DNA from: an uncultured virus (IMG/VR IMGVR_UViG_3300030388_001635)
Lineage: Duplodnaviria; Heunggongvirae; Uroviricota; Caudoviricetes; Crassvirales
Direction: 5' to 3' (one strand)
Virus record (IMG/VR): IMGVR_UViG_3300030388_001635
DNA length: 20,000 bases
Below, piece by piece: positions 1 through 8,978 of the stretch. Within the stretch, counting starts at the first letter, position 1, and each line of letters starts with the position of its first letter. Below the pieces are notes generated by a model, which was not told the origin of the DNA, did no database searches, and was given only the letters and a program-made list of their open reading frames with translations. A program made the position numbers and the translations under genes.

Positions 1-3000
1 GTTGTGCCTCCACCTAATATAGGAGCTAACCATGCAAGTGTTACAATACCTACTTGTTCTCCTAATTCTACAGTAAATGATTGAGGTTCAGCCGGTTCTA
101 GTAAATCATATTGAGTAGTTATGCCACATTTCTCTGTTTGAGCCTCTGCAGGTAACTTTATACAATTGCTTCCTAAAACATATTCATTCATGTAAGGGTC
201 ATAACCACCTAGTTTTTGTGTAGAAAAAGAATCAATAAACAAATCTCTAAACCAACCTCTCATTCCGCTTTCTGAAATAACAGTTAGTTTTTCATTTTGA
301 GCACTTGTTCCTTTAAGTTGTAACACAGCACCTCTTTTAGAATCAGTAAAATATTTGTCATAACCATAACACACAAAACTTTCAGGATTATTACTAATAC
401 CATAAACTTCTTCTCTTGCAATTTGAGTTCCTAAAACTTGCGGATTAGTAGTTATAGCACCACCCCCTGCAGCATCAGAAATTAAATTCTTGCCCGCTAA
501 AACATATGAAATTTTATCTTCTTGTAACACAAGTATATCAGTCTTACGACCAAATAATTTTTGTACAGGACCAAATGAGTCTTCTAAATTTTTAAAGTTT
601 TGTGTACTAAAATTAAATTCATTTAATCTATTAACATTAGCTTCATCACTATAACGCCCACTAAAAGTTAAATCAGAAAATCTATGTGCTTCTCTATAGT
701 CTTGTTCTGCTACAGTTATAACTCTATTACCAATAAAAACTTCCGGACCTTGAATAGAATCTCTTATTTGTATACTTTCTGCTCCATTACCAAAAGCATA
801 ACAATTAAACAGCGTAGTTTTTATAATAGCTGAAACAGTTGTAGTTTGAGTTCTATTACCTGCTAATATTTGCGCATTTGTTCCACCACCATGTAACCCT
901 GTTGAAGGTATAATAGGATAACTTTGGTCTCCTTCATACCACACATCTTGTATAGCAGGTTGTGGTTCAGTTTCAAATATCATTGTATCGTCAGTTCTGA
1001 ATATTGTATATTCTACAGTTGCTGTAGACCTTCTCTTATCTCTTTGACCTACACCTGAACAAGATATTGTACCTGTACAAGCTAAAAATATTTCACCATT
1101 TGTTTGGTTAATTACAAAACGCCATTTATTATTATCTAAATCACCTGCATTAAACCCACTCATTTGAGCCTGAGCTCTTGTAGGACCTAACTCTGATACA
1201 GCGAACGTAGGTGTTGCTACAGTAGCTAAATAAGTATTATTAGGAGGATTTGCTGCAGATGTAGAACCACCTGTCCATGAACCATCATTTAAATATTGAG
1301 CAATATTTTCACCAACCCAAAAATTTATAATATCTGTATAAGCCGCATTAGATACTACATTAATTTCTAATTTATATATACGTCTATTACAATTATTATT
1401 ACCATCTCCCGTACCTCTTCTTTTAAACTCAAACTCAAATCTAACTTTTGAGCCTGCAGGAATATCTATATTTGTAGATGGACTAGCTTGATATAATTTT
1501 TCAGCAAATGACACCGTTACAAAAGAACTTGTGCCTGAGTTGTCAGTAAAATCACTTCTCTTTCTACTAAAAGACGATTTAGGGTCTACAACAGCATTAA
1601 AATCATTTGTATTCATTTTTACATAAACACCTGCAGGAATAGTTAATACATTGGGTAATTCAATAAAATCTTCTGCTTGAGCTTTTTTCTCTAATACAAC
1701 AGTAGTTGCACATCTTAATAAAGGACCACTTGTATCTGATTTAACTGAAAGTCTTGTTCCTTCAGAAACTTTTTGAGCATTCTCTCCTTCTAATAAAAAA
1801 TATGAAGCAACTGAAGCAGGGTCATTAAAAAACTGATTACAATAAATAGTTTCATAACTTCCTGCTGATGGTTTTAAAACAAATTTATATCTTTTTGCCC
1901 AAAAAGGAGGTTTCATGTCCACAGGTATATTTGCTGTAATAGTGTTTTTTGTATCAGATAATCCACAAGAAACATGAACTGTAGAATTAGGAGCTAATAT
2001 AGCTGTAGATGAACGATTAAATTCATCCATATAAACAATACCAAGAGAATAATCTCTATCACTATGTAAACTTTCTGTTTCACTAATATCTTGCCATGTA
2101 GCAGATGCTATGGCTATAGTAAAAAACTCAAATACAGTATTAGTTGGTGTTGCTATATTATCAACCCAAACCATAGCAGGAAATTGAAAAGAAACAACAT
2201 TACCAACAACAGTACTTTGTATAGCACCAACTCCCGGATATGGATTGCCTGTATTAATTCCGGAGGTATATGCAAATAATGTATCTAATGTATTAGGCAT
2301 ATCACAGTTCCATATGTCTGTCCATGTAGTGCCCAATGTACAAGCGTTTGCTATAGCTTGATTTACTCCCACAGCTCCAATTAAAGCTTGAAATTCAACT
2401 GAGTTAATCATGTTGTTTACACTAGTATAGTTTGTTGCTAATGTAAAAACAAAACTCATGTCTACATTATTTACAGTTGAACCCGGAGCTGTACCACCGG
2501 TAAAACTATCATGATTAAATGTAAAATCTAGTGTAAACTGAGCTCCTACTTTTAATAATAAATTTGATAAATCTATTGATGCAACAGTTTGTGCAATAGT
2601 TACTGAACTTCCACTAATAGTATAATCACCATCTGAAAGTGTTGGCGTTACGTCAGAAACACCAATTGATTGACTGACTAATGTAGGTGTGTAAGTAAAA
2701 TTACAAACCTCTTTATTTACATCAACTAAATCATATCCTTCATAATAATTTCCGTAAATTAAACGATTACCAATTAAAGTTTGTGCTTTTGCTAACAAAG
2801 GAACATTATCATATAAACGTCCTAATTGGTCTACAGGTAATATAGTAAATATTTGATTTGAATCAAATACTATACTTACCTCTTCATTATCATTATATCC
2901 TTCTTGTATTTTTACAAATTTATCTATAACATTTATTAATGTACCACCTGATTCTTTAAATAATACTTCTATAGATTTTACTAAAGAACTACCTGTGTTA

Positions 3001-3788
3001 AAAGATACGTTTACAGTATTTCTATTGTTTAACATACCGTCATTTAAGATATCACCGTTTAATAAAAAACCTTTAGGCAAAAAAGCAGGTTTAGACCATT
3101 GAGATGTTGCCGAAAAATCGTCATCAGAATATTCATATCTGTAAGCAAAACATAAAAACTTGTTTTCTAAATAATTATTACTAGCTTGACTTTGTATTAA
3201 TGTTATAGGTGGACTAGCAATAGGTGGTTTTTTTATAACCAATATTGATTCAGCTGTAAATACATCTATTAAGTTAAACGGGTTTTCATAATTTCTAGTT
3301 ACGTTAAAAAATCTTGGAGGATTTATATTGTCTGTAAAAAATATTAAATTTTCTACTTTATTAATCCCTGTAATTAAATTAGCAGGATTAAAATTTAAAG
3401 TAGTGTTTACTCCTGATGCACCTTCTTTTAAAGATATTAAATGGTATGTTGTTGTATTAGATTGTACATCAAAAGAAACTATCATATCAAGTTTTCCTGT
3501 TGTCCCTACAGTATAAGCAGGGTCATGTACAAAAAAGTAAATAGTTTCTTCTGCACCATCTTCAAAAGCTCCAATACATCTTGCCGATGCACTTAAAGCT
3601 GTTCCATTGAATGAAAGTGTAGTTATTTGAGTATTTCCTTTTGAGTTTTCTACTGAACCTATTTCTGATGCCTCTGTTGAGCCTAGCCTTACATTTAACG
3701 CATCTATATATTGTCCATTAGGAATTAAGCGTTCATCAACGCTTTTATTCATTTTACCTTGTATAAAATTTCTTTGAGTAGTAGCCAT
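1..3788 (-). CDS. Tail stabilisation / muzzle protein (crAss-like, P22 gp10-analogous), 3'-truncated by window edge, >1262 aa
   Basis: Not in the ORF track. ATG at 3788 (CAT 3786-3788), 3 nt after the previous stop. Hand translation begins MATTQRNFIQGKMNKSVDERLIPNGQYIDALNVRLGSTEASEIGSVENSKGN. The same frame reads QKLGGYDPYMNEYVLG near 170-220 and is still open at position 3 (spot-checked, not every codon). N-terminal MNK..DERL.P.G.Y.DA.N motif and position after ring genes fit this family. Confidence 0.85.
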   Translation of the reverse strand, partial: MATTQRNFIQGKMNKSVDERLIPNGQYIDALNVRLGSTEASEIGSVENSKGNTQITTLSFNGTALSASARCIGAFEDGAEETIYFFVHDPAYTVGTTGKLDMIVSFDVQSNTTTYHLISLKEGASGVNTTLNFNPANLITGINKVENLIFFTDNINPPRFFNVTRNYENPFNLIDVFTAESILVIKKPPIASPPITLIQSQASNNYLENKFLCFAYRYEYSDDDFSATSQWSKPAFLPKGFLLNGDILNDGMLNNRNTVNVSFNTGSSLVKSIEVLFKESGGTLINVIDKFVKIQEGYNDNEEVSIVFDSNQIFTILPVDQLGRLYDNVPLLAKAQTLIGNRLIYGNYYEGYDLVDVNKEVCNFTYTPTLVSQSIGVSDVTPTLSDGDYTISGSSVTIAQTVASIDLSNLLLKVGAQFTLDFTFNHDSFTGGTAPGSTVNNVDMSFVFTLATNYTSVNNMINSVEFQALIGAVGVNQAIANACTLGTTWTDIWNCDMPNTLDTLFAYTSGINTGNPYPGVGAIQSTVVGNVVSFQFPAMVWVDNIATPTNTVFEFFTIAIASATWQDISETESLHSDRDYSLGIVYMDEFNRSSTAILAPNSTVHVSCGLSDTKNTITANIPVDMKPPFWAKRYKFVLKPSAGSYETIYCNQFFNDPASVASYFLLEGENAQKVSEGTRLSVKSDTSGPLLRCATTVVLEKKAQAEDFIELPNVLTIPAGVYVKMNTNDFNAVVDPKSSFSRKRSDFTDNSGTSSFVTVSFAEKLYQASPSTNIDIPAGSKVRFEFEFKRRGTGDGNNNCNRRIYKLEINVVSNAAYTDIINFWVGENIAQYLNDGSWTGGSTSAANPPNNTYLATVATPTFAVSELGPTRAQAQMSGFNAGDLDNNKWRFVINQTNGEIFLACTGTISCSGVGQRDKRRSTATVEYTIFRTDDTMIFETEPQPAIQDVWYEGDQSYPIIPSTGLHGGGTNAQILAGNRTQTTTVSAIIKTTLFNCYAFGNGAESIQIRDSIQGPEVFIGNRVITVAEQDYREAHRFSDLTFSGRYSDEANVNRLNEFNFSTQNFKNLEDSFGPVQKLFGRKTDILVLQEDKISYVLAGKNLISDAAGGGAITTNPQVLGTQIAREEVYGISNNPESFVCYGYDKYFTDSKRGAVLQLKGTSAQNEKLTVISESGMRGWFRDLFIDSFSTQKLGGYDPYMNEYVLGSNCIKLPAEAQTEKCGITTQYDLLEPAEPQSFTVELGEQVGIVTLAWLAPILGGGT

Positions 3789-3791
3789 ATA

Positions 3792-4715
3792 TTACTTTAT
3801 CCATTTATCTTGACCTCTCATATTTTGTATAAGACGACCCGGATGAATATTACTTAATCTAATTTTAGCATTTCTTAATAAAGCACTTTTGTTTTTCTTA
3901 GCTCTATTAACAATATATTCTTGAACGCCTAATTTACTATTTAATATTGCATATTGTATGTATGCATAAACATAATCTTCAAACATTTTATTAACTGTAA
4001 CTAAACTGTCATCTCCATTTTCCATACCATCAGTAATATATTCTAAAATACACAACTGATTATTCATAGCAGAACTAAAATTAATTACACCTGCTTTTTT
4101 ATCTATACGAAATGTAGGATTGGAATTAGCTGTTTCTGTGTTTAATCCCCAAGATGCACCTATACTCATATCAAAAGCCCATGCACCATTTATATTATAA
4201 CCCATTCGCCCATTAAAAGGTGAGTTTTGTTGTATATACATTGTTCTTTGTGTGCTAGCTAATCTTTCTTTTGTAAACTCTGAATTTTCAGGTTTTAAAA
4301 TATTGCCATTTTGGTCAAACAATATGTTTGCATTATTATCTTGCAGATAAGCTGATGCACTATTAATTTGTATGTTTTCTTGCAATGGTCTTAAAACACC
4401 ATTTATAGATAATGATATTCTCACCCAACTCACATAATCAGCGGGTAAGGTAAATCTTAGTTGGTCTCCAACTTGTAGTTCTAATGCTTTTATTTCTTTA
4501 AATGCATCATAATTTAATTCCATTACAGCTCGTTTTGCATGAAATAATATTTTGTATCTTTCTTCGTTATTTACTAAAGAATGATTTCCATCATACATTA
4601 ATAAAAAGTTAGTCACGATATCAGCTAAACTTACATACTGATACGAACCCCAATTAGCATCCTGTGGAGTTGTATTATCGTTTGTCCAATATTTATATTC
4701 TGATATATATGCCAT
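3792..4715 (-). CDS. Virion structural protein, probable tail ring/tubular (adaptor) protein, 307 aa
   Basis: Full ORF coupled to the upstream gene (TAATG overlap at 4715). The helix-beta(LP.DYV)-helix layout and position immediately before the stabilisation protein resemble crAss-like tail tubular/ring proteins. Confidence 0.65.
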   Translation of the reverse strand: MAYISEYKYWTNDNTTPQDANWGSYQYVSLADIVTNFLLMYDGNHSLVNNEERYKILFHAKRAVMELNYDAFKEIKALELQVGDQLRFTLPADYVSWVRISLSINGVLRPLQENIQINSASAYLQDNNANILFDQNGNILKPENSEFTKERLASTQRTMYIQQNSPFNGRMGYNINGAWAFDMSIGASWGLNTETANSNPTFRIDKKAGVINFSSAMNNQLCILEYITDGMENGDDSLVTVNKMFEDYVYAYIQYAILNSKLGVQEYIVNRAKKNKSALLRNAKIRLSNIHPGRLIQNMRGQDKWIK

Positions 4716-5455
4716 TATTGTTCGTCTTGGTTTTCAATTTGTTCTTGTCCTAAAGCGTATTGAACAACTTCAGTTTCTCTAATTTCCATTCCTGCAAATT
4801 GTAAAATTTTATTTACTAAATCTTGAAAGTAATCTAATGGAAGCTCAAAATCTTGATAACTTGGAGTTATACTAAATTGCGGTTGTTGTGCAGCTCCTAA
4901 TGATACATATGTCCATATAGGAGTAGCGGGATATCTTATGTATTGAGCTTGTAATTGATTTGCTGCGTTTATAGATGATGGAAAAATAGTTAATGTAGAT
5001 GATTCGGTAGTGTACGCAGGGTATGTAATTGTTGGTGCTGTGTATAAAGAATTGTTCAACAAAGTTATTTTACTGTGACTAGCTCTTTCAGCCTCACCCG
5101 TAAAAGTAACACCATCAGCTTTAAATGCTAAAACTTTATTTATAAAATAAAAATCTGAACCCGTTGTTACTACTGAAGGAAGTTGATAGGTATTAATACC
5201 ACCTATATTAGTCAATGCAGCTGTTACCGAAAACATATCAATAACTTCTACTAAACCTTTTTTTATGTCAGCATATCCTGTTCCTTGAGCTCTTGCATTT
5301 TCTTTATTTACCTGATTGTTATATTGATAGAACACATCCTCAAATAAATCTAACTGAGCTTGTTGTGCATATAAGTTAAAATCAGTAGGTGTTAAGTATC
5401 CGTAATTATTCTTATTTAAGATAGCTAAAACAGCCTCATATACTTGTTGAATCAT
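4715..5455 (-). CDS. Virion structural protein, probable tail ring protein, 246 aa
   Basis: N-terminal LNKNNYGYLTPTDFNLYAQQAQ and C-terminal YIRYP..P.W...DFELP motifs resemble the ring-type protein encoded two genes after MCP in crAss-like phages. Has its own TAnnTTTG box upstream. Confidence 0.65.
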   Translation of the reverse strand: MIQQVYEAVLAILNKNNYGYLTPTDFNLYAQQAQLDLFEDVFYQYNNQVNKENARAQGTGYADIKKGLVEVIDMFSVTAALTNIGGINTYQLPSVVTTGSDFYFINKVLAFKADGVTFTGEAERASHSKITLLNNSLYTAPTITYPAYTTESSTLTIFPSSINAANQLQAQYIRYPATPIWTYVSLGAAQQPQFSITPSYQDFELPLDYFQDLVNKILQFAGMEIRETEVVQYALGQEQIENQDEQ

Positions 5456-5470
5456 TTGTAATCTTTTTTA

Positions 5471-5478
5471 CAAAGATA
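5471..5478 (-). promoter_or_regulatory. Bacteroidota-type -7 promoter element TATCTTTG upstream of the ring/muzzle genes
   Basis: Plus strand CAAAGATA = TATCTTTG on minus, exact TAnnTTTG match, 15 nt before the ATG at 5455. Confidence 0.7.
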
Positions 5479-5481
5479 ATC

Positions 5482-5513
5482 AAAAAAAAAAGAGGCTTAA
5501 TTATTAGCCTCTT
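5482..5513 (-). terminator. Rho-independent terminator after the 248-aa gene
   Basis: Stem AAGAGGCT/AGCCTCTT (5490-5497, 5506-5513), 8-nt loop, with a run of 10 T on the minus strand (5491-5482); 10 nt after the stop. Confidence 0.85.
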
Positions 5514-5523
5514 CTTATATTAA

Positions 5524-6270
5524 TTAGTTTTCTAATCGTTTTTCTAAAAGTTTTAAAGCTTCTATACCCTCGTCTGATTGAAGATATGATGCCATTATAA
5601 ATAATGGGTCTTCACCAAATGGTATTGTAAGCATTCTTTTTTTATTAGAAGTAGTATTAAAATGTACATCCCTTTTATTGTTTTTAAATATCAACAATTT
5701 ATTATCTACAAACAATTGAACTTTTGACTGCAATATTAACATTGGGTCATTAGTCATGTTTAATAAATCTGCAGGGTATTTTCTTGCAAACACAAGCATA
5801 TCTCTTTTTAATTCAGATGTTGAGATTTTACTTATATCTCCAAACAATACTCTACCAATCATTTCTAATTGAGATAAAGACATTTGTCTTGCTAAAATTA
5901 ATGCATCCACTTCTGAATTCATTATATCCACATCTTCTTGCGCATCTTTTGCTTGATTTATTACTTCAAACTGCACTCCGAAACCCGGATGCATATTTAA
6001 AAATAATTGTAACACTTGATTTGTTCTTGGTACTGCTAACATCCCATCTTCAAAAATAATAGGGTCTAAAACCACATTCCCATCTTGTTCATCTATAAAT
6101 GGAGATTTTTGATTTTTAGCATAACGAAGAGGTCTATTAATACCTTGTTCTTCATCAAAATGCATTAAGGGAAATCTTTTACTATGTTGGGAAGCCAACA
6201 TGTATGATAAGGGAGTTTTATCTCCCGCTAGTCTGTAGACTTGGTCTACGAATTTGTTGCTTTTATTCAT
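5524..6270 (-). CDS. Phage protein immediately downstream of MCP (positional equivalent of crAss-like gene 75), 248 aa, function unknown
   Basis: Full ORF with ATG preceded by AATCAA. Size and position after MCP match crAss-like capsid modules; homology not verified. Confidence 0.7.
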   Translation of the reverse strand: MNKSNKFVDQVYRLAGDKTPLSYMLASQHSKRFPLMHFDEEQGINRPLRYAKNQKSPFIDEQDGNVVLDPIIFEDGMLAVPRTNQVLQLFLNMHPGFGVQFEVINQAKDAQEDVDIMNSEVDALILARQMSLSQLEMIGRVLFGDISKISTSELKRDMLVFARKYPADLLNMTNDPMLILQSKVQLFVDNKLLIFKNNKRDVHFNTTSNKKRMLTIPFGEDPLFIMASYLQSDEGIEALKLLEKRLEN

Positions 6271-6293
6271 TTGATTATAATTTAATTAAAGTT

Positions 6294-6323
6294 AAAAAAA
6301 AGGGGAGAAATTAATCTCCCCTT
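6294..6323 (-). terminator. Rho-independent terminator after the major capsid gene
   Basis: Stem AAGGGGAGA/TCTCCCCTT (6300-6308, 6315-6323), loop AATTAA, T8 tract on the minus strand (6301-6294); 14 nt after the MCP stop. Confidence 0.9.
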
Positions 6324-6337
6324 AATAATTGTTCTAC

Positions 6338-7792
6338 TTATGCTTGAAATAAGAAGAAATTGTTAGCACCTAAAGTACAAACACATCTTTCAGAAAGGTA
6401 GTTGACTGTCATAGCATCTAACTCTTGATTTTGTGCTCCACCTGCTGAACCTGTAATCCAAGACTTGTAACGTCTATCTTCAGTTTCAGAAGCTCTGTAT
6501 CTAACATGTAAGAAAGGTCTCTTAGCGTTTTTACCAAGTATTTGGTCATAAACAGTAGTTGAACCTGCAGGAACTAAAAGTCCATTGATTGAACCACCTA
6601 CTAATCCACCTCTCATTGTTGGGTCATTTAGATATTTCCACTCTGATTTGTAAAAGTCATAACCTCTTCTAAATCCTGTGAATCCTAAATTTAACGCCAT
6701 TTCTTCATCGTTGTCAAATAATCCGTAAGACGAACCACCTGCACCGTAAGAATTTTGAGCTGCTAACATATCATCTATATCAAATGAGAAGTTTCTATTA
6801 ACGAATATTACGTTTTCTTCAATAGAACCTTGCTTATCTAATCTTGAGATAATGCTATCAAAACCTGCTAAATCAACAGGATTTCCTGCACCCCAAATAT
6901 TCCCTCTGTTTCCTACAACGTAGAATACACCTTCAGAACCTTTGTTACCTGCATCAGCATAAACAGCTTGTGTTGCCACACCTGAACCTGCTTCAGCCGG
7001 AACTGCTTCTACCATAGAAGTTTCTAAGTAATCATCAAAACGTAGTCTTGTTTCATGCTCAGACTTCATGTACCACATGTATCCTGATGCTCCGTCTTCA
7101 GTAGTAATTTCAATCCATCCAATTTGTGCCATATCAGAACCTGATACTTGGTACTTATCTTTTAAGATAATTGGAGAATTTTCAAAAATGAAATCAGAAG
7201 AAATTAATCCGCCTTCCATTCCTGTAACACCTTTTTTGAATTCAGAACCATAAATAAATACAGATACTGTTCCTGCATAAGCTGCAAGTCCTGCTGCTTC
7301 GTAAAAACTAACTGTAAAACTATCAGCTGTAACTGCAGTAATAATACCTTTGTTAGTTAATGTAGAAGCTGCAGTATCATCTGATACCATAACTGTTTGA
7401 CCTTTTCTGAAACCAATCTGTCCTGCTGCTCCTGCGGGAGCTACTGAACCTGATGGTTGTCTTGCCGGGTCAATTTGAGCTACAGGAACTGTAAAAGTTT
7501 CATTAGGATTTCCTGCTGCTGCTCCACCTAATACACACGCTGTATATTTAATGTGAAGTCTTCCTTGTTCTGCCCATTTTATAAGGTCAGAATTTGAAGG
7601 CATTTCTGCACCAACCATTCTTAAGAATGATGATACTGTTCTATTACCATATCTCTCAAACTCTTTTTCAAAAGTATCCGGTAGATACTGATTCAAATAG
7701 TTAAATTGAGTATTGCTAATGTAATTTGATGACAACGCCACCTGTTGAGCACTTGGCTGCAACTGAAACGTTGGGTTTGCTAATACTGCCAT
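6338..7792 (-). CDS. Major capsid protein (crAss-like HK97 fold), 484 aa
   Basis: Follows portal and scaffold-like genes and is followed by a strong terminator. Motifs LNQYLPD..EKEFERYGNR, IKWAEQGRLH, NLGFTGFRRGYDFYKSEWKYLND and RPFLHVRYR resemble environmental crAss-like MCPs. Confidence 0.88.
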   Translation of the reverse strand: MAVLANPTFQLQPSAQQVALSSNYISNTQFNYLNQYLPDTFEKEFERYGNRTVSSFLRMVGAEMPSNSDLIKWAEQGRLHIKYTACVLGGAAAGNPNETFTVPVAQIDPARQPSGSVAPAGAAGQIGFRKGQTVMVSDDTAASTLTNKGIITAVTADSFTVSFYEAAGLAAYAGTVSVFIYGSEFKKGVTGMEGGLISSDFIFENSPIILKDKYQVSGSDMAQIGWIEITTEDGASGYMWYMKSEHETRLRFDDYLETSMVEAVPAEAGSGVATQAVYADAGNKGSEGVFYVVGNRGNIWGAGNPVDLAGFDSIISRLDKQGSIEENVIFVNRNFSFDIDDMLAAQNSYGAGGSSYGLFDNDEEMALNLGFTGFRRGYDFYKSEWKYLNDPTMRGGLVGGSINGLLVPAGSTTVYDQILGKNAKRPFLHVRYRASETEDRRYKSWITGSAGGAQNQELDAMTVNYLSERCVCTLGANNFFLFQA

Positions 7793-7813
7793 AATTTTTA
7801 ATTTTTAATTTTT
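7793..7813 (-). repeat. Perfect (AAAAATT)x3 tandem repeat abutting the MCP start codon
   Basis: Plus strand AATTTTT AATTTTT AATTTTT at 7793-7813, directly adjacent to CAT 7790-7792. Confidence 0.8.
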
Positions 7814-7819
7814 GTTAAA

Positions 7820-8920
7820 CTAATTTATTTTTCTTGTACTTTTAATCCTTAAACCCGAACCTGAATCCGAATTTAAAGCTCTAACTTTCATGCCTCCCTT
7901 TTGAGTTGAAACTTCAGGTGTTCTACGGACATTCATATTGACATTTTTTGTCTTACGAACTAATCCATCTACACCTTCAGATTTGCCTTGCTCATAAAAG
8001 AACTTAGCATACTTTTCGGGATTCATTGCAAGTGATAAAGCTCTGTGGTAACCTTTGGCATCATCAATCATTCCTGTTTCTTGATTCATATATTTATTTA
8101 TGAAATTTAAAACATTAGATTGTTTACTTTTTAACTCTGATGCATCACCGGGACTATAGGTAATTTTTTTATCGCCTAACTCAAACTCAAAACCTTTGAA
8201 CTCGTTAGAAAAAACTTCATTAGTTTTTTGTCTAAACCAATCTTGTTTTTTCTTAGTCACTTCCTCATTACTCTTTGCACTCTTCAACCTTTGCTCCTGC
8301 TCTTCTTTATATTTACTAGCTTCAGAATTTTCAACCGTTCTTGACTCAAGAGGTTGTTTATATTGTTCTTTCTGCTGTGTAAAATAATTTCTTGCTTTTA
8401 CAACTGCTCTTTTCTTTGCTAACTTTTTCTTCTTTATAGCTTTTTCATCATCTACATCTTCATCATATGTATAATCGTCTAATAACGCATCTACATCTTC
8501 AGAATCAATAGCTTCATCAGTAGCTAAAAAATACTCTGCTAACAAATTATCAGGCTGCATAGCTTCAAAATCTCTATTTAAAGAAACATAATCTGCTATA
8601 CCTCTGCCTGTATCTTTTTTAAACTTTAAAAAAGCTGTAACATCTTCCGGTAAGTCAGGTGTTACTTCTTTTTCTTGCATTAACTCATCAAATGAATTAA
8701 TTTCTTTATTATATCTTTTACCTAAAAAATTTAAAACTGACTCATCAGTTAATTCTTCTTTAAGTTCGGTATTTTTTTCTTCAAGAACTACTTCTGCTGT
8801 CTCACCTTGTTCTTCTTTTAATTTGTGAGTATCTAATAATTCTTGTTCTATTTCAGCTGTACCTTTTTCAGGTCCACTTACTTCTCTTACCTTAATGTTC
8901 TCTAGATTCATTTTATTCAT
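7820..8920 (-). CDS. Putative capsid scaffolding protein, 366 aa
   Basis: Lies between portal and MCP; very E/D/K-rich, predicted helical, with a basic C-terminal tail (GLRIKSTRKIN). Start could be Met1 or Met4. Confidence 0.7.
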   Translation of the reverse strand: MNKMNLENIKVREVSGPEKGTAEIEQELLDTHKLKEEQGETAEVVLEEKNTELKEELTDESVLNFLGKRYNKEINSFDELMQEKEVTPDLPEDVTAFLKFKKDTGRGIADYVSLNRDFEAMQPDNLLAEYFLATDEAIDSEDVDALLDDYTYDEDVDDEKAIKKKKLAKKRAVVKARNYFTQQKEQYKQPLESRTVENSEASKYKEEQEQRLKSAKSNEEVTKKKQDWFRQKTNEVFSNEFKGFEFELGDKKITYSPGDASELKSKQSNVLNFINKYMNQETGMIDDAKGYHRALSLAMNPEKYAKFFYEQGKSEGVDGLVRKTKNVNMNVRRTPEVSTQKGGMKVRALNSDSGSGLRIKSTRKIN

Positions 8921-8941
8921 TTGATTTTATTTTAATTTATA

Positions 8942-8949
8942 CAAAGTTA
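8942..8949 (-). promoter_or_regulatory. Bacteroidota-type -7 promoter element TAACTTTG for scaffold-MCP
   Basis: Plus CAAAGTTA = TAACTTTG on minus, intergenic, 21 nt before the ATG at 8920. Confidence 0.72.
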
Positions 8950-8978
8950 CATAATATATTAGAAAAAATTTAACCCGT

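Noticed and set aside
1..3788. Apparent 3.8-kb non-coding region in the ORF track
   Set aside because: It is a minus-strand CDS running off the window edge.
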